64,000 nt of DNA. Source: Monocercomonoides exilis PA203. Lineage: Eukaryota; Protista; Preaxostyla. The DNA is taken from the NCBI GenBank assembly GCA_001643675.2, contig LSRY02000006.1, forward strand, positions 1,860,001-1,924,000, read 5' to 3'. How positions within the stretch are numbered: position 1 is the first letter of the stretch; the number at the start of each line of letters is the position of its first letter. Below the pieces are notes generated by a model, which was not told the origin of the DNA, ran no database searches, and saw only the letters and a list, made by a program, of their open reading frames with translations. Below are positions 23,275 to 36,765 of this stretch, in pieces. The translations under genes and the position numbers were made by a program.

Positions 23275-26200
23275 ATTAATATGCATTCATCTTCAAAATT
23301 CTCGATCTTCAATAACCTCAAAAATGCACTTCTCCTTTTTCTTCAAATGAGTCAAAGCCATAACTCAGATCTTCTCCTTCTTCCTTAACCACCTCTTCCT
23401 CTTCTTTCTCAACAAAAGCAAACACTGTCACCAGAGAAAACACATCTTCTGAGGCACTGATTGAGATGAAGGCTGAACTGGAGATGAGCTTCGATTCGAC
23501 TTTTCGTTTTTTCACCGAATGTTTCGTGAGCGGTGCAGTTGTTTGCGTGTTTGAGGACAACGTGGCAGCGAGAAAGCACAGCATCTTTCAGAACAAGCGG
23601 CAGCGAGGAGAAATGGCAGGAAAGCAGATGAAAAGAGCGAGAAAGGAGAAGAGAAGAGAAGAGGGAGAGGAGGAAGATAGAGTAAGATGAGAAAATTATA
23701 AAGAGGACGAAGAAGAAAAAAGTGATGCAGAACACAAAAAGCGAAGATACGAAGAAAGTGCAAAACGGAAGATATAGAAAGAAATGAATGATGAACTGAG
23801 CAAACTACGAAAGGAAGAATTTGATTGGAGCAAATCGAACAATTTTTGAGAGCAGGTGATCATAGACGTAATTGAAGACAGGCTTAATGATGAATGAGAA
23901 CAAAATACCGAAAAGAAGGTGAAGTGAAAGGAACACAAACAGAATTCGTCACGAGCGCTGGACATAGATACAAGAAATCATCGGAATACACCATCATTAT
24001 CTTCTTCTTTTTCTCCACAAATTTATTCTCACCATCGATCTGCTTATTCGGACTCCTTCTACGAAGCGAGCGAAGATGAAAAAGACGAAGAAAACAACGA
24101 AGCAAACGACACTACAGATGGCTCAGATTATCCTCCACATGCGCGTCAGTCGGCAGAACGAGATGTTCGAATGGATTTTGGCTCAACCTGCGTCTTCAGA
24201 GCGATTCAAGTGCGACATTCGCTGATGGTGCAGCAAAGTGAGTTCACAGTAGGCAATTTTGTGGTATGTGCGCTGTCAATTAGATATGTGTCTTTTAGAG
24301 AGGAGGAAGAAGAGGAAGAGAAGGAGAAGGAAAAGGAAAAGGAGGAGAAATGACTGAAAGAGAAGAAGGATGAAGAGAAGGAGAAAAGAAAAAAGAGAAA
24401 AAGAAGGAACGCAAAAGAAAAACTGAAAAAGGACTGACTTTTCGAAATCCGAAGGGAATGCAAGGGATGAGAATGCAAAAAGAACAGAGAGTGCCTTTTT
24501 ATCACAAATTATACAACAAAAGATGTACGTCAACATCATCATCACTTGCAAGTTTCGATAAATCTGACGCAAATGAAAGCAAAAAATCTTCTTCTTCGTA
24601 TTCTTCTTCTTCATCCAGCCAAGTGATCTATACAGCTTGTTCTCCATACACATATTTCACCACAAATGACTTGGCGCTTCTTCTCTCTTCATTCAGCAGT
24701 CATTTCAAACGATTCTATCACAGCATAAACATTTTGGGAGGAGCTGTTACTTCGATAAGGAGAACACATCACCAATTGATGGAAGATGATTCTGAAGTAT
24801 CTTCATTAAATGAAAGCGTTGAAGAAGAAGAGAACAAAGAATTTGAATCATCTCAAAATCCCAAAAAAACATTCACACAAATCTCAAAATCACACTTCTT
24901 CTTCTTCTTCCTCTCTTTCTCTTTCTTCTCCTCCTCATTATGTTGACCATTGTCTTCGTCTGATCAACCGACTTGCGTATGTGATGAGTGTGCGGACGCT
25001 GCATCTGGCTGAGTGGCAGGATGTGACACGTTCATTGCATTGAGGAAAAGAGTTGGTGAGATGTGAACATACGGAGAATAACTTTGAGCAGGCAGATGTG
25101 AAGCAGGAGAAGGAGAATGCAGCGTGGAGGAATAGAACGCGCTTTGAAGAAGGAGATGCAGAAGAAGAAGAAGAAGAAGAAGAAGAAGAAGAAGAAGAGA
25201 AAGAAGAGAAAGAGGAGAAGATGAAAAAGGAAGAAGGAATTGCTTCTGCGACTGCTTCTTCTTCTTCTTCTTCTTCTGATAACAGCAAGATCGATTCAGC
25301 TACTCTATCAGAAGAATTCAGCAACTTTCAGCCAATACCGGGCAGGCGAGTGAATATTCTTCAGAAGATACCTTTCAATCAAAAGAACTTCAAAAGAAGA
25401 AAGAGCAAATATGATGAAAACAATGCTTACATAAATTTTATTGCTTCAGCCATTGATCAGTCAAGACATCTCAAATTCCCGTTTTCTGGCCCACCCTGAA
25501 GCTCTTCTGCTCACCCACTTGTTCACCAACTTCCATCAAATCAATCCTGTTTTTATTCTTTTTGTTCCTTGCCTAACTCTTCCCTCGATCTCTGATATCT
25601 TCCATCCATTACCCATCAAAGACGACTCAGAAAACAAACAGTATTCTTTCACTGTGCAATATCGCATCATATATCTGAAGAATGCAGTATCGATGATGCC
25701 TGTCAGACTGGGGCTGGAGAAGATGCTGCGTGCTATTAACACACACCTGCATGTTGTATCTCACAACCCATGTGACAATGACCATAAAAACATAGAAAAT
25801 AACTTTATCCTATCTGAAACTGCTTCAGTTTCTTCTTCGTTCCATTTCCCTCTCTCTTCCTCTTCTTCTTCTTCTTCTTCTTCCACATCCCATTCCATTA
25901 TATCATCATCTCTGATGCATTATCCAATTTGTATTGTAAATTTCGACTGAATTTGAAGCAATGTGTTATTTTTCGTTCAGATCTTCCCATTTGCCGTTTA
26001 ATTGATCAAATGAAAAACAGCTGAATTTACAGATGAAGATGAAGGATCAAGAAAATACTCCGAGAAAATAAGAGAAATTGAAAGAGAAGGAGAAATGAAT
26101 GAAGAAGATGAGAAAATGAAGCATGATTAAATTGAAGAAGAAAGAAACGCCATATATATGATGATTTCGATGATTACGAGAACACAAAACAAACAAGCAA

Positions 26201-29200
26201 GAAAAATCACTCCCAACACGATTGAAACAGCAGAAGCAGAAGCATCAATAACATCAACAACAGCATTTTTGAAACGGCAGTTCAATTTTCTATTAAAATT
26301 TCAGAAGTTATTATCAACCGCGAGTTTTATTGGCATCTGCTAGTGCTGTTTATTATTCGTTCGCTCTTCCGCCCACACAGTTATTGCAAGCTGAAAATAG
26401 GTGCAACTGCAGAAAATATAAAGGAAAATATTTCATTTCTTTTTGAGAACAGAAAGAAAAACAGCTTAAAAGAAGATAAAGCGAGAAGAATGAAAGACTG
26501 AAACAAATGACTGTAACGGAGACATTTTCGTTAGATTAATGCATAAAGTGACAAAGAAGGCAACTTTGTGCAAATTTCCAACTTCGATTTTACTCAGCTT
26601 CCAGAAACTCATTTGCCCTCTTCTGTTGTTCGCCACTGTAACTCCGTATTCATTCACAGGCACAGAATAAACAGCAACCTACCCATTCTTCTTCTTCTCC
26701 TCCTTCCTCTGCTTTTCCACTTGGTTTGCTTTGTACTTATTCTGCATGTCTTCATCCACACAGAAGAAGGGCTGGCTATCAGATAAAGAGTTCTGTTGAG
26801 CCAGAAGCAAAAGGGAAAGATGAACCTTATTTTTTAATAATCACAAGAATTCTGATTCGTTTTGTTGAGCGCTCAGATCGAAAGGGATAGAAAGAGGAGA
26901 AAATGAAGAGGTGAAATGATGATTTGGAAGATGAATGATGTCGAGAAAATGAGGGAGATTGAGGTGAATTGCCATCAAAGCAGAAGAAAGGAGGATATGA
27001 AAGGAATTTCAGAAAAGAAAATAACAAAGAACTTGAAAAAGTCAGAAAAGGAAACGAAAAAGAAGATAGCGAAAGTGAAAGAGAAGGAAGAAGATGCTGA
27101 GAAGGATACGCAAACACGAAAACCTCAGAATCTTAAGAAGGAGCATTGGATGACCAAATTTATTCGTCCAAATCTGAACAATTTGAAGGAGCGGCTGCTG
27201 AAAGAACGGAGCAGCAAGAATTTGTGTCTTCTTTTGTATCATCTTCCTTCTAATCGTCATCACGGCCAGTTGATTGTGAAACAACTGAATGTTGCTATGT
27301 CCAAATATCTTGCTCTTTTGCTACCTCTTCTTCGGATGGGGAGAAAGAAGCAGCAGATGAAACATGTTCAAATGCAACTTCGATCACTTTCATTACAAAC
27401 CCTCCTTTGACTGCCACCAATCTTCCTCATCTTCCTCATCTTCCTCTTATTCTTCTTCTTCATCATTTTCTTCTTCCTCTTCTTCTTCTTCTTGTTCTAT
27501 TTCATCTTCTTTGTGTGCATAAACATCATATATCTCCACTTTTTCATCATCATCTCTCACTTCATTTGATTGGATTTCTTCTTTTTTTTCCTCATCTTTA
27601 TATGGGATGATTACAGAAAGAAAGAAGAAGGGTAATTTTGAAGAAAAAAAAACAGCTGAAAATGAGAAGAAGATTGAAAAGTCAATGAAAAGAATAAAGA
27701 TAAAGAGATAGAAGAATTCGTTTAGACAGGATATGATGAATGGAAATTGGTAAGTGAAAATTGCTGAGATTTTGAAAAATAAGGAAGTTAAATGGAAATG
27801 GGGAGAAATTGGAGGAGAAGAAGATGATGAACCGGAACAGGAAACAATGTGGCAGGAAGGAATATGTTGAATAAGTGAATCATTCTATTTGTTGCTTCTT
27901 TTTCATGAGCGTTATGGAGCACAGATACGAAGAATGTGGAAGTGCGCAGAGAAATGATACAGTTGAGGGAACATTTGCGGTTGAGAAGCCACGAGGAGGA
28001 GTGGGAGAGCATGCCATCACCTCTCCAGGGAAAGGCAATAATGAGAGAACAGCGAGAAAGAGGAGAAGTTTTAGCAAGCGGATTAATTATTAGGGAAGAC
28101 GGGGCTATTAGTGAACTTACAGCAGTTGATACAAGCACGTGTTTCTGCGGAGACTATGTTCGGCTGTTCTTCTTTTGTAATGAATCAGAAAGGCTCTTCA
28201 TTCACAGACACTTTCTTATGAATCAGATGCAGTGTCCAATTGATACTTGTGGCAGCTGCAGAGCGAATCCATTTATTGAGCATGTCTCGAGTACAGCTAA
28301 AGATCAATGGATAAACGCGACTGCGCTCCCAAAGGATGTAGTAGTTCCGTTTTGGAGAATGGTGCAGTTTGAGATACACTGGAGTCATGCTGCTGTTTCA
28401 TTCGTATATGTTGCTGATAAGGTTTCCAATCAAGATGGTAGTTAAAACGGAGTGCATCAAGCTGAAGGGACTTTCTGATATTTTTATTCCAAAAAGATAA
28501 ATAAGAACAATTATACCGCTTTCAATTGCGATATACGTTGAGATAAGATGCTGTGCTGAACTATTGGATTCACCATCAAAAGCGAATTCGATTGAAGCAG
28601 CATTTTGTGTAGAGATGTTGACGTTGGGGAGAAAGACGCAGGAATTGGGAAGAGCACGAAGATCGGATTGGAAGAGGCTCAGATAATTTATTCAAGCACA
28701 AAGAAGTATGTGGTTGAGGTGAAGATATTTGTCGGAAGGAGAAAGGAGAGAATAGGACACAGCAAGAGATACTACGAGGAAGAAGAAGAGGGAAGAGTGA
28801 GTGAAGGAGTATGAATAATGGGAAAAGATGTGATGGCAAATGAGGATGCAGCTTGTGAGATATAACATCAGCGAGTTGGCGAAGGCGAAATGAGCAGTAA
28901 CAAGACTTTCAGAGACAGATATGATTCGATTGTTGGAAATACAAAATAAACTTTTGATATGGAGGATATCTGCTGAGGTGGGGTCCACGGCGCAAGCGGG
29001 GAGCAGCAATGGTGCGCAGAGGAGCTGGTGTCTTAATTGACAAATATCTGGTTATCCCAATAGAATGTGATGAAGGTGACTTTGTTGAAGTCGAGATCGG
29101 GGTTGGGGTCTGTGTGGGAGAAGTCAAACGCGCAGATTGACGTGATTCAAGCGAAAGAATGCTGAGTGAAGCCGAAGGAAAAGAGGGACTCGTTGATTTG

Positions 29201-29870
29201 GGCGGGGAAGGAGGAGCATCGGAGAAAGAGGTCCTTACCCATGAAAACATTATTCAAGACGAAGCAGAAGATGAGGATGCATTCGGGCAAGCGCAGCTAC
29301 GACTTCCCGCAGTTGAGGAACACCATTGCAACTCCGCCCTCGGAAGACTCTTCGCTCACATAACTGGTAAACACATACGCCTCAGAAGCGCAGTCAAAGG
29401 CACATCACCTTTCCAAATTAACACAAGAGCTGCTCAGTTGGATTAGTGCACAATGTTGGTATTATTGGAGGAGTGAAAAACGATTATTGTTCTTTTATCT
29501 GGGGCAGACAAGCCAGCCAGAGAAGCGGAGCCAACCAGAGCAGATGGGCAGATAGCCACGAGGGAATTGCTTGGGAGCCAAGAGGCAGAGACTGAGAGGA
29601 ATTCAAGTTTAGCTGATGTGGATGCAGAAAAGGATGCGATAATGATGAAGAGGCGAGGGAGTAGTTTTCGAGAGACGTACGCTCTTCTGCTACATCAACC
29701 ATTGCATTCGCAAAGCTTTTTTGTTAAGCCAGTATGGAAAAGGAGCGTAGGGACAAAAGGAGAGGAGCATCAGGTGTGGATATCTGGATGAAGGATAAGA
29801 GACGAGGAAGAAATATGGAGAATCAACGGAGAAACGAAGGGAGGAAAATAAAATGAAGATGTTCGTGTGA
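22400..29870 (+). pseudogene. Fragmented low-complexity gene or genes, product unknown
   Basis: Coding-like purine-rich composition with many short plus-strand ORF pieces (24458-24946, 25053-25499, 25441-25950, 27936-28445, 29159-29446) and an intron-like gtttgt..tcattcag near 22886-22934. May be more than one gene; boundaries approximate. Confidence 0.45.
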
Positions 29871-31502
29871 CAAAAACTTTTTAGTGTTAAAAACAAAAAT
29901 TTGCAAATTTCTATTCAATTTTTATTATTCTCTTTGTTATTTTTCTATTTCTTTGTTTGATCAATTTATAAGAATAACTAATTTAAAGAATTTTTTGTTT
30001 CTAAACAAAAATAAACAGCAAACCGTTGTATATCCGATAAATATCTTTTTCAACTATTGAATTTTTCGATGTTAATTTTTGAAAATTGTTCATTTTCAAC
30101 AAATATTTTAAGATCTTCAATATCAATTTGAAATTTTCTTTGTAATAACATCATAAAACTAATTTTTTATAAGAAATTGATAAATTACGTATTGTTATAA
30201 TTATTATCATGTTTTACAAACCAGAGAACTTTTGTTTTTTTCTGTTAATCAAATTTTCGAAATTATTTGAAAAATTTTTTTAAGTTTTTTTCAAAATTTG
30301 TAATAAAACCAATAAAAATCGAATTAAAATCAATAAATAATTAATAATTATGATGCATTCAATTTTTATTTCATGTAACTTCAAATTAAAACTTTCTTTT
30401 TAACCCCACCCTTAATGAAAAAATATTTTGATCAAACTTCGTAAATTTTTATGATATCAAAAAAAATCACCCATCTCTGCTTTTGGAAAGGAACCTTCAG
30501 AGACACTGAATATGGGTACAGTCATATTTGATTTTTTTTGAAAATTAAATTTGGTGAAAATTTTCTTGTTTAATGGAAAATTTTCATCAAAAAATGTACA
30601 AATATATGCGACAGTCCATTTTTTGACAAAGAAATTTTTTTCAAACAGAAAACAACGATTGAAAGAATATTATTAGAAAAATAATCACTCAGATTTTTCA
30701 CTATTAAGTTTCTTTCTTTTCTTGTTTCAATTACAGATAAATACAAAAAATATATTGTTTCATAATAATTTTACTCAACCAAAAAAACTTCAATGTTCGG
30801 AAAAAAAAAAAAATCAAGTTTTATGTTTGTGGAAAAAAACACCTTCGTTCATTGAAATCAAAAATATTTCTTTTTTTTTTTTGAATTTCAGATGATGATT
30901 AGTTATTTGCAACAATTGAAAATATTCTAATAATTTATTTTAATAAAAATATTCATTTTTTGAAAGACAAGCTCCATAAAAAATATTTATTTTCAAAAAG
31001 CAAAAAATAAATCATACTTAAATTGATGAATTCATAAAACAATAGAAGATAGAACATGAAAGAATAAAATTGACATATACAACACAGAAACTACAATACA
31101 ATAGAATGTTGATAAACGAAAAACAAAATGGTATTTTAGACAGTAATATAAAACATGATATTAAACATTAAAATAAACAATTCTTTGAAAAATAAGAAAC
31201 AAAACAAACTTATTATTCAAACGAATAATAACAAAAAACGCACGCAAATCGTAGTTAAAAATATAACAATATTCCTTTCAACAAATAAAAGAAGAATGAT
31301 AATAATAATATAAAACAAGTGTGAGCTTTTGAATGCATCTTAATTAAATTGTACCCAAGATCCAATGAAATGCAAACACAATCTACGCTTTTCAGTCAAA
31401 AATCTTTGCTCTTTTCAAATTGCCTTATTCCGCAATAACTAATATCAATTGAAATGCACTTCATCTATTTCCATTATTATCAACAACCAGTCGAAAATCA
31501 TT

Positions 31503-34500
31503 TCAAGTTCCACTTTCACTTTTATTGTCTGCTTCAATTTTTTGCTCTTTCTTTTGATATTGCAGCAACTGAATTGCTAGTTGTCGAATATTTTCATTCT
31601 CCAGTTGACCCAATTCAGAAACTTTGTTCCAATGAAGAACATCTTCAATGACGCTTTGGGCTTGTGTAGAAGCTTTTGAAGCAAATGTGAACAAAAAGCG
31701 AAGACATGGATCATAGAACTCATGAACATCAGACAACAGCAATGAATCACATTTTTCTATGCTATGTTCTGCAAGAAGGAGCTCATGATTAGCTAAACGT
31801 ACAAAATGAAACATTAGAAAATTGTGGGTGAAGAAATAAAATCGCAAATTAAACAGTTTCCAAAAACATATTCCTCAATATGCATCATCAATAATCATTT
31901 CCTGTATTTTTCATTCAATTCATTTTTCAAAAAATCTTATAACAAAAAATTTTATCACAAAAAACTCACAACAAAATACACATGCACATACATTGATTTA
32001 CAGCTAACAGAGATAATGCATTGAACAAGCGAACTCTGGAATTCACTCTTATCAAACTGTTTTCGACAGCTTGCCAGGTGAAGGAAACAACCGATCCAAA
32101 CTTTTGCGGTAAAGGAAGTGCTTGATGAAGCATGCAGATGCACCTGGCATATTCCATCCTTTGAGGCATATCATCTGCTGAAGAAGGATCAGAAGATGTC
32201 GAAGTTTCCTGAAGCAGCAATAAAAATCTCTCGCTTCCTTTCCTTTTTTCTAAGGCATCACTAAATGGGTTCATATCCTCTTTATCTACTGACAAAGAAC
32301 CCAGAAACAAAATATTAGCAATACAAGACACAGCAATTTGTTTGCAACACGGATTGTCGTGGTGCAAAAGATGCAGCAATGGCTTGAAGCAACCCTCTGA
32401 AACAAGAGTTGTGGCTACTTTGATTGAGCGGTTTGTGGTGAATCGTTGGAATGCGAGAATATGAGGAGGCAATATAAACTTGCTGCGAACACTGATTATA
32501 GCTATCAACAGTTGGGCAAGTTGCTTCGTAAACACATCAACTGAATGTTTTCCATTACCAAGAAGCGCAACACTTATAATACGACAAATCTCCTCCACAA
32601 GTTTTGAAGGAGGCTTGTTCAGTAGAAGCTCTTCAATAAGGGTGAAAAAACGTTTGTCAACAATTTCAGCTCTTTTTTCAGCTGAACACGAACGCAGATA
32701 TCGAGAGAAATCGGAAAAAACAGAGCAAATGGACGATATTGAAAAGTGAGACATATCATGATAAACTTTCTTATGTACCGGGGATGAAACAGAAAAGTTC
32801 ATTGACAACGAAGAAGACGAGCGCATTGGAGATAAATTTGTCACAAAGCTTGCTGGCGACGATGGCACCGAAGCTGCCGTTGAAGAATTTCGATTCAAAG
32901 GAATATTTGACAGAGCTGCAGCATTATCAAGATGAGAACGGATGATTCCAACAACATCTTCAGTTATGCTTAGTAAATCTCTCGTTTGCACAGCAGGGTC
33001 CACATTCAACTGCTTCGTGCTTCCAAAGAACGACGATCCACTTCTCGTCAGCTTCTTCGTCTTCGCTTCTGCTGCTGTGAGTTCCTCCGTTGCATCGCGA
33101 ACCACCAGTCCACCTCTTTCCAAGTCCAAACGCTTTCTGGCCTCTTCTCTTTCTCGAACCTCGGCTCGTTCTGCTCGTCTTTTGAACTCATCTCTTTCCC
33201 GCCGCAACTGCTCCACCTCGTCTTCGCTTTCTTCATTCTCACAGTGTCGCAGCGTACTTTCACCGCTGCTGGTAATTTCGCAGAAGGAGCCTTTCTTTAA
33301 GTTTGACAGCTCAGATAGAAGTTGTATGTGCTGTTTGGCTGTGGTGATGCGTTCATGAAACTCTGGAAGTGCAACAATCTCGACTGCAGATGGTCGTTTC
33401 TCTGGATCCTAAATGGGAATGAACAATCATTAAACAACAACAACAAAAGACAAAATATTTTCATTGGGTTCAATTCGAAAATTGCATTTAAAAATACTCA
33501 ATACATACTTGATTTAAACATCTGAAAATAAAATTCTTCAAAAATGGTGAAATGTCTTTTAAAAATGACTGGGATGACAACAAAGGTGGGAGAGAAGAAG
33601 TTGATGCAGAAGGAGACGAATAAGTCGAATTTGATGGAGAACAAAGTGAATTAAGAGGAGGAAGCACAATTTGGCGAGGTGCCGGAGGAGCTTCATCGGA
33701 GTAATTTAAAAATGATGTCATTTGCAACAGCATTTTCCCATATGCCCAGACATCTGATTTATATGTAGGCCTAAATGTGTTTGGTACATTTTCATTCATT
33801 CATTTATTTTACAAAGAAAATTATTTTTCTATAAGATTCGAGAATATTAATTGAGTTAAGCAAACTGTTGCCCCGACACCACTTCTGGAGCTATGAAAGC
33901 TCTTCATATAGTAACGAACAATCAAATTTAACATCGCAGAATTGAATATGTAATATTTATTGAAAACATAGTTGTTGAAAGTTTTTGAAGCCATTTAATA
34001 AAATTATTATCAACATACGGAGTTCCACTTATATGGATATTGCGAGGACGACTATGACAATTCCTTCCGAGACCTAAATCTCCAATTTTAAAGTGTAGAT
34101 TATTGGTTAAAAAAATATTTTCCAATTTTATGTCCCTGTGAATTATCTTTGAAATATACAAATCGTATAACCCCTGTCCAACCTCTGCTGCACATTGCAA
34201 AATAAACTATTAGAAGATAAATTTTTTAAACAAATACTTAAAATTAAATGCTTCATACATTTTCTGTTATTTGTTTCCTTTCCTTTTTGTTCTGTTCCAA
34301 ATATTTAAATAAAGATCCATTTTGGCAAAGTTCAAACACAATGTAATAGTTCGATTCATCTTCAAATGCGTCTTTCACAGTAATGACATGATTTGACTTC
34401 ACTCTTTTACATAGTTCCACTTCTTTTTTCCATCTTTTTGCATCATTTAGCAATAATTCTTGCCTTTTATTGATTTGCTTCAAAGCAAAATGCATACATG

Positions 34501-34711
34501 TTTCCACATGCTCCACTTCATATACGCAAGAAAATCCACCAGTTCCAAGAGTTGAAATAATTTTATCTAAATATATAATTCATTTTCAGTTAAAAAAATA
34601 AAAATGACAAAAATTGTTTGAGAAAAACAGAAAAGATATTAAAAAAATTATAAATTCAAAAATAAATATACAGTTATCTTTCAAGCCAAATGAAAAATTC
34701 TTATTTTTCAT
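31503..34711 (-). CDS. Ser/Thr protein kinase (NEK/CAMK-like) with coiled-coil and ARM-like C-terminal region, multi-exon
   Basis: Spliced MKNKNFSFGLKDN|YKIISTLGTGGFS, ALK, KEVEL, HRDIKLEN, DLG, GTP|..IAPE, KSDVWAYG and CLNQ|DPEKRPSA, followed by helical exons at 31966-33400 and 31503-31790. The 3' end is approximate. Confidence 0.85.
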
Positions 34712-34944
34712 ATATTGCCGAGAAACTCGGAATTATCGTTTAGATTATTTCAATATAAAATAATGTGGGACTATATATTCATTAAGTTGTTTCTTTTCTG
34801 CGCAATTTTCTTTTGCAAACATATAGAAATCACATTTGTATTAAGAATTCACTTTTTCGAATATTTATCATTATATGGGAAAAGATTATTTTGGAAGTTG
34901 GAAACCCAGAAATTTAAAGTTTCAACAGAACAAGATAACAAAAA
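34712..34944. promoter_or_regulatory. Putative bidirectional promoter (kinase / beta-tubulin)
   Basis: 233 bp between divergent ATGs at 34711 (-) and 34945 (+). Inferred from position only. Confidence 0.5.
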
Positions 34945-36415
34945 ATGCGTGAAATCGTTCATATCCAAGCAGGTCAGTGCGGGTTTGTAACAAAGAGTTT
35001 TGGTTTAATAAGTGTTTTAATGTTGTTCAACTGTTTATAACATGTATTTATAACAAAATATCAAAATAATCGGATGAATTTTTTAAAATGCTCATAATTC
35101 AAATTCCAGAAACCAAATTGGTGCTAAATTCTGGGAAGTTATCTCCGATGAACACGGAATTGACCCAACAGGAGCATATCACGGAGAATCTGAATTGCAA
35201 CTCGAAAGAATCAACGTTTACTACAATGAGGCAACAGGTGGAAAATATGTTCCACGTGCAGTCCTTGTTGACTTGGAACCAGGAACCATGGATTCCGTTC
35301 GTGCTGGACCATTCGGACAATTGTTCCGCCCCGACAACTTTGTCTTCGGACAGACAGGAGCAGGTAACAACTGGGCAAAGGGACACTACACAGAGGGAGC
35401 TGAATTGATCGACTCCGTTTTGGATGTTGTCCGTAAGGAAGCTGAGGGTTGCGATTGCCTCCAGGGATTCCAATTGTGCCACTCTCTCGGTGGAGGAACT
35501 GGATCTGGAATGGGAACTCTTCTGATCTCCAAGATTCGTGAAGAATACCCCGATCGTATGATGTGCACATTCTCAGTTGTGCCATCACCAAAAGTGTCAG
35601 ATACCGTTGTTGAACCATACAACTGCACATTGTCAACATCTCTGCTTCTTGAAAACACTGATGAAACATTCTGCATTGATAATGAAGCTCTTTATGATAT
35701 TTGCTTCCGTACCTTGAAATTGACCACACCAACATATGGTGATTTGAACCATCTTGTATCTGTTGTTATGTCAGGAATCACATGCTGCCTCCGCTTCCCA
35801 GGTCAGTTGAACTCTGATCTTCGTAAGTTGGCTGTCAACTTGGTTCCATTCCCAAGACTTCACTTCTTCATGGTTGGATTTGCTCCTTTGACTTCCAGAG
35901 GATCACAGCAATACCGCGCCTTGTCGGTTCCAGAGCTGACCCAGCAAATGTTCGATGCAAAGAACATGATGGCTGCTTCAGATCCCCGCCACGGCCGCTA
36001 CTTGACTGCCTCAGCTTTGTTCAGAGGAAGAATGTCAACAAAAGAAGTTGATGAACAAATGCTCAATGTTCAAAACAAGAACTCATCATACTTCATTGAA
36101 TGGATCCCCAACAACATCAAGTCATCTGTGTGCGATATCCCACCAAAGGGATTGAAAATGGCTGTCTCATTCATTGGAAACTCAACAGCCATCCAGGAAT
36201 TGTGGAAACGTGTTGCTGAACAATTCACAGCTATGTTCAGAAGAAAGGCCTTCCTCCACTGGTACACAGGAGAAGGTATGGACGAAATGGAATTCACAGA
36301 AGCTGAATCCAACATGAGCGATCTTGTATCTGAATACCAACAATACCAGGATGCTACAGCTGATGATGAAGAAGAAGGTGAAGGAGAGATGGAAGGAGAA
36401 GGTGAAGCAGTTTAA
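34945..36415 (+). CDS. TUBB: Beta-tubulin, 447 aa; exons 34945-34982 and 35110-36415
   Basis: [13 protein letters not shown]|[36 protein letters not shown] and an acidic tail. The phase-2 intron is 34983-35109. Confidence 0.99.
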
Positions 36416-36765
36416 ATGTTATCATGACAATCTTTTTCCTTTTTGTTAAATTAACAAGCAATTTACGTTTTTTGAATAAATATTTTGTATTTTAAGATAT
36501 TCCTCTTGCACGAGTTTTATCAGATGTAGTTATTTGGTGATTTGGAAAAATAAAAATGGAATTTCATAAAAAAACATAAAAAATAAGAATGATAAATAAA
36601 AATGAAAAAAAATTTCAATACGCTCAAAAAAGAAAACCTCTCTCGGTTTCAACATAAAATCATAGATGAAACAAAATTAAGACTTATAAGCTTTTATGAA
36701 ATCCAAAAAAATCCAAAAATAACAAAACAAAAAGAGACAAAAAAGATAAAAACAATTAGAATAAA

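Noticed and set aside
29900-31330. AT-rich stretch as a possible element end or RNA gene
   Set aside because: No paired terminal repeat or RNA signature was found by eye; treated as intergenic.
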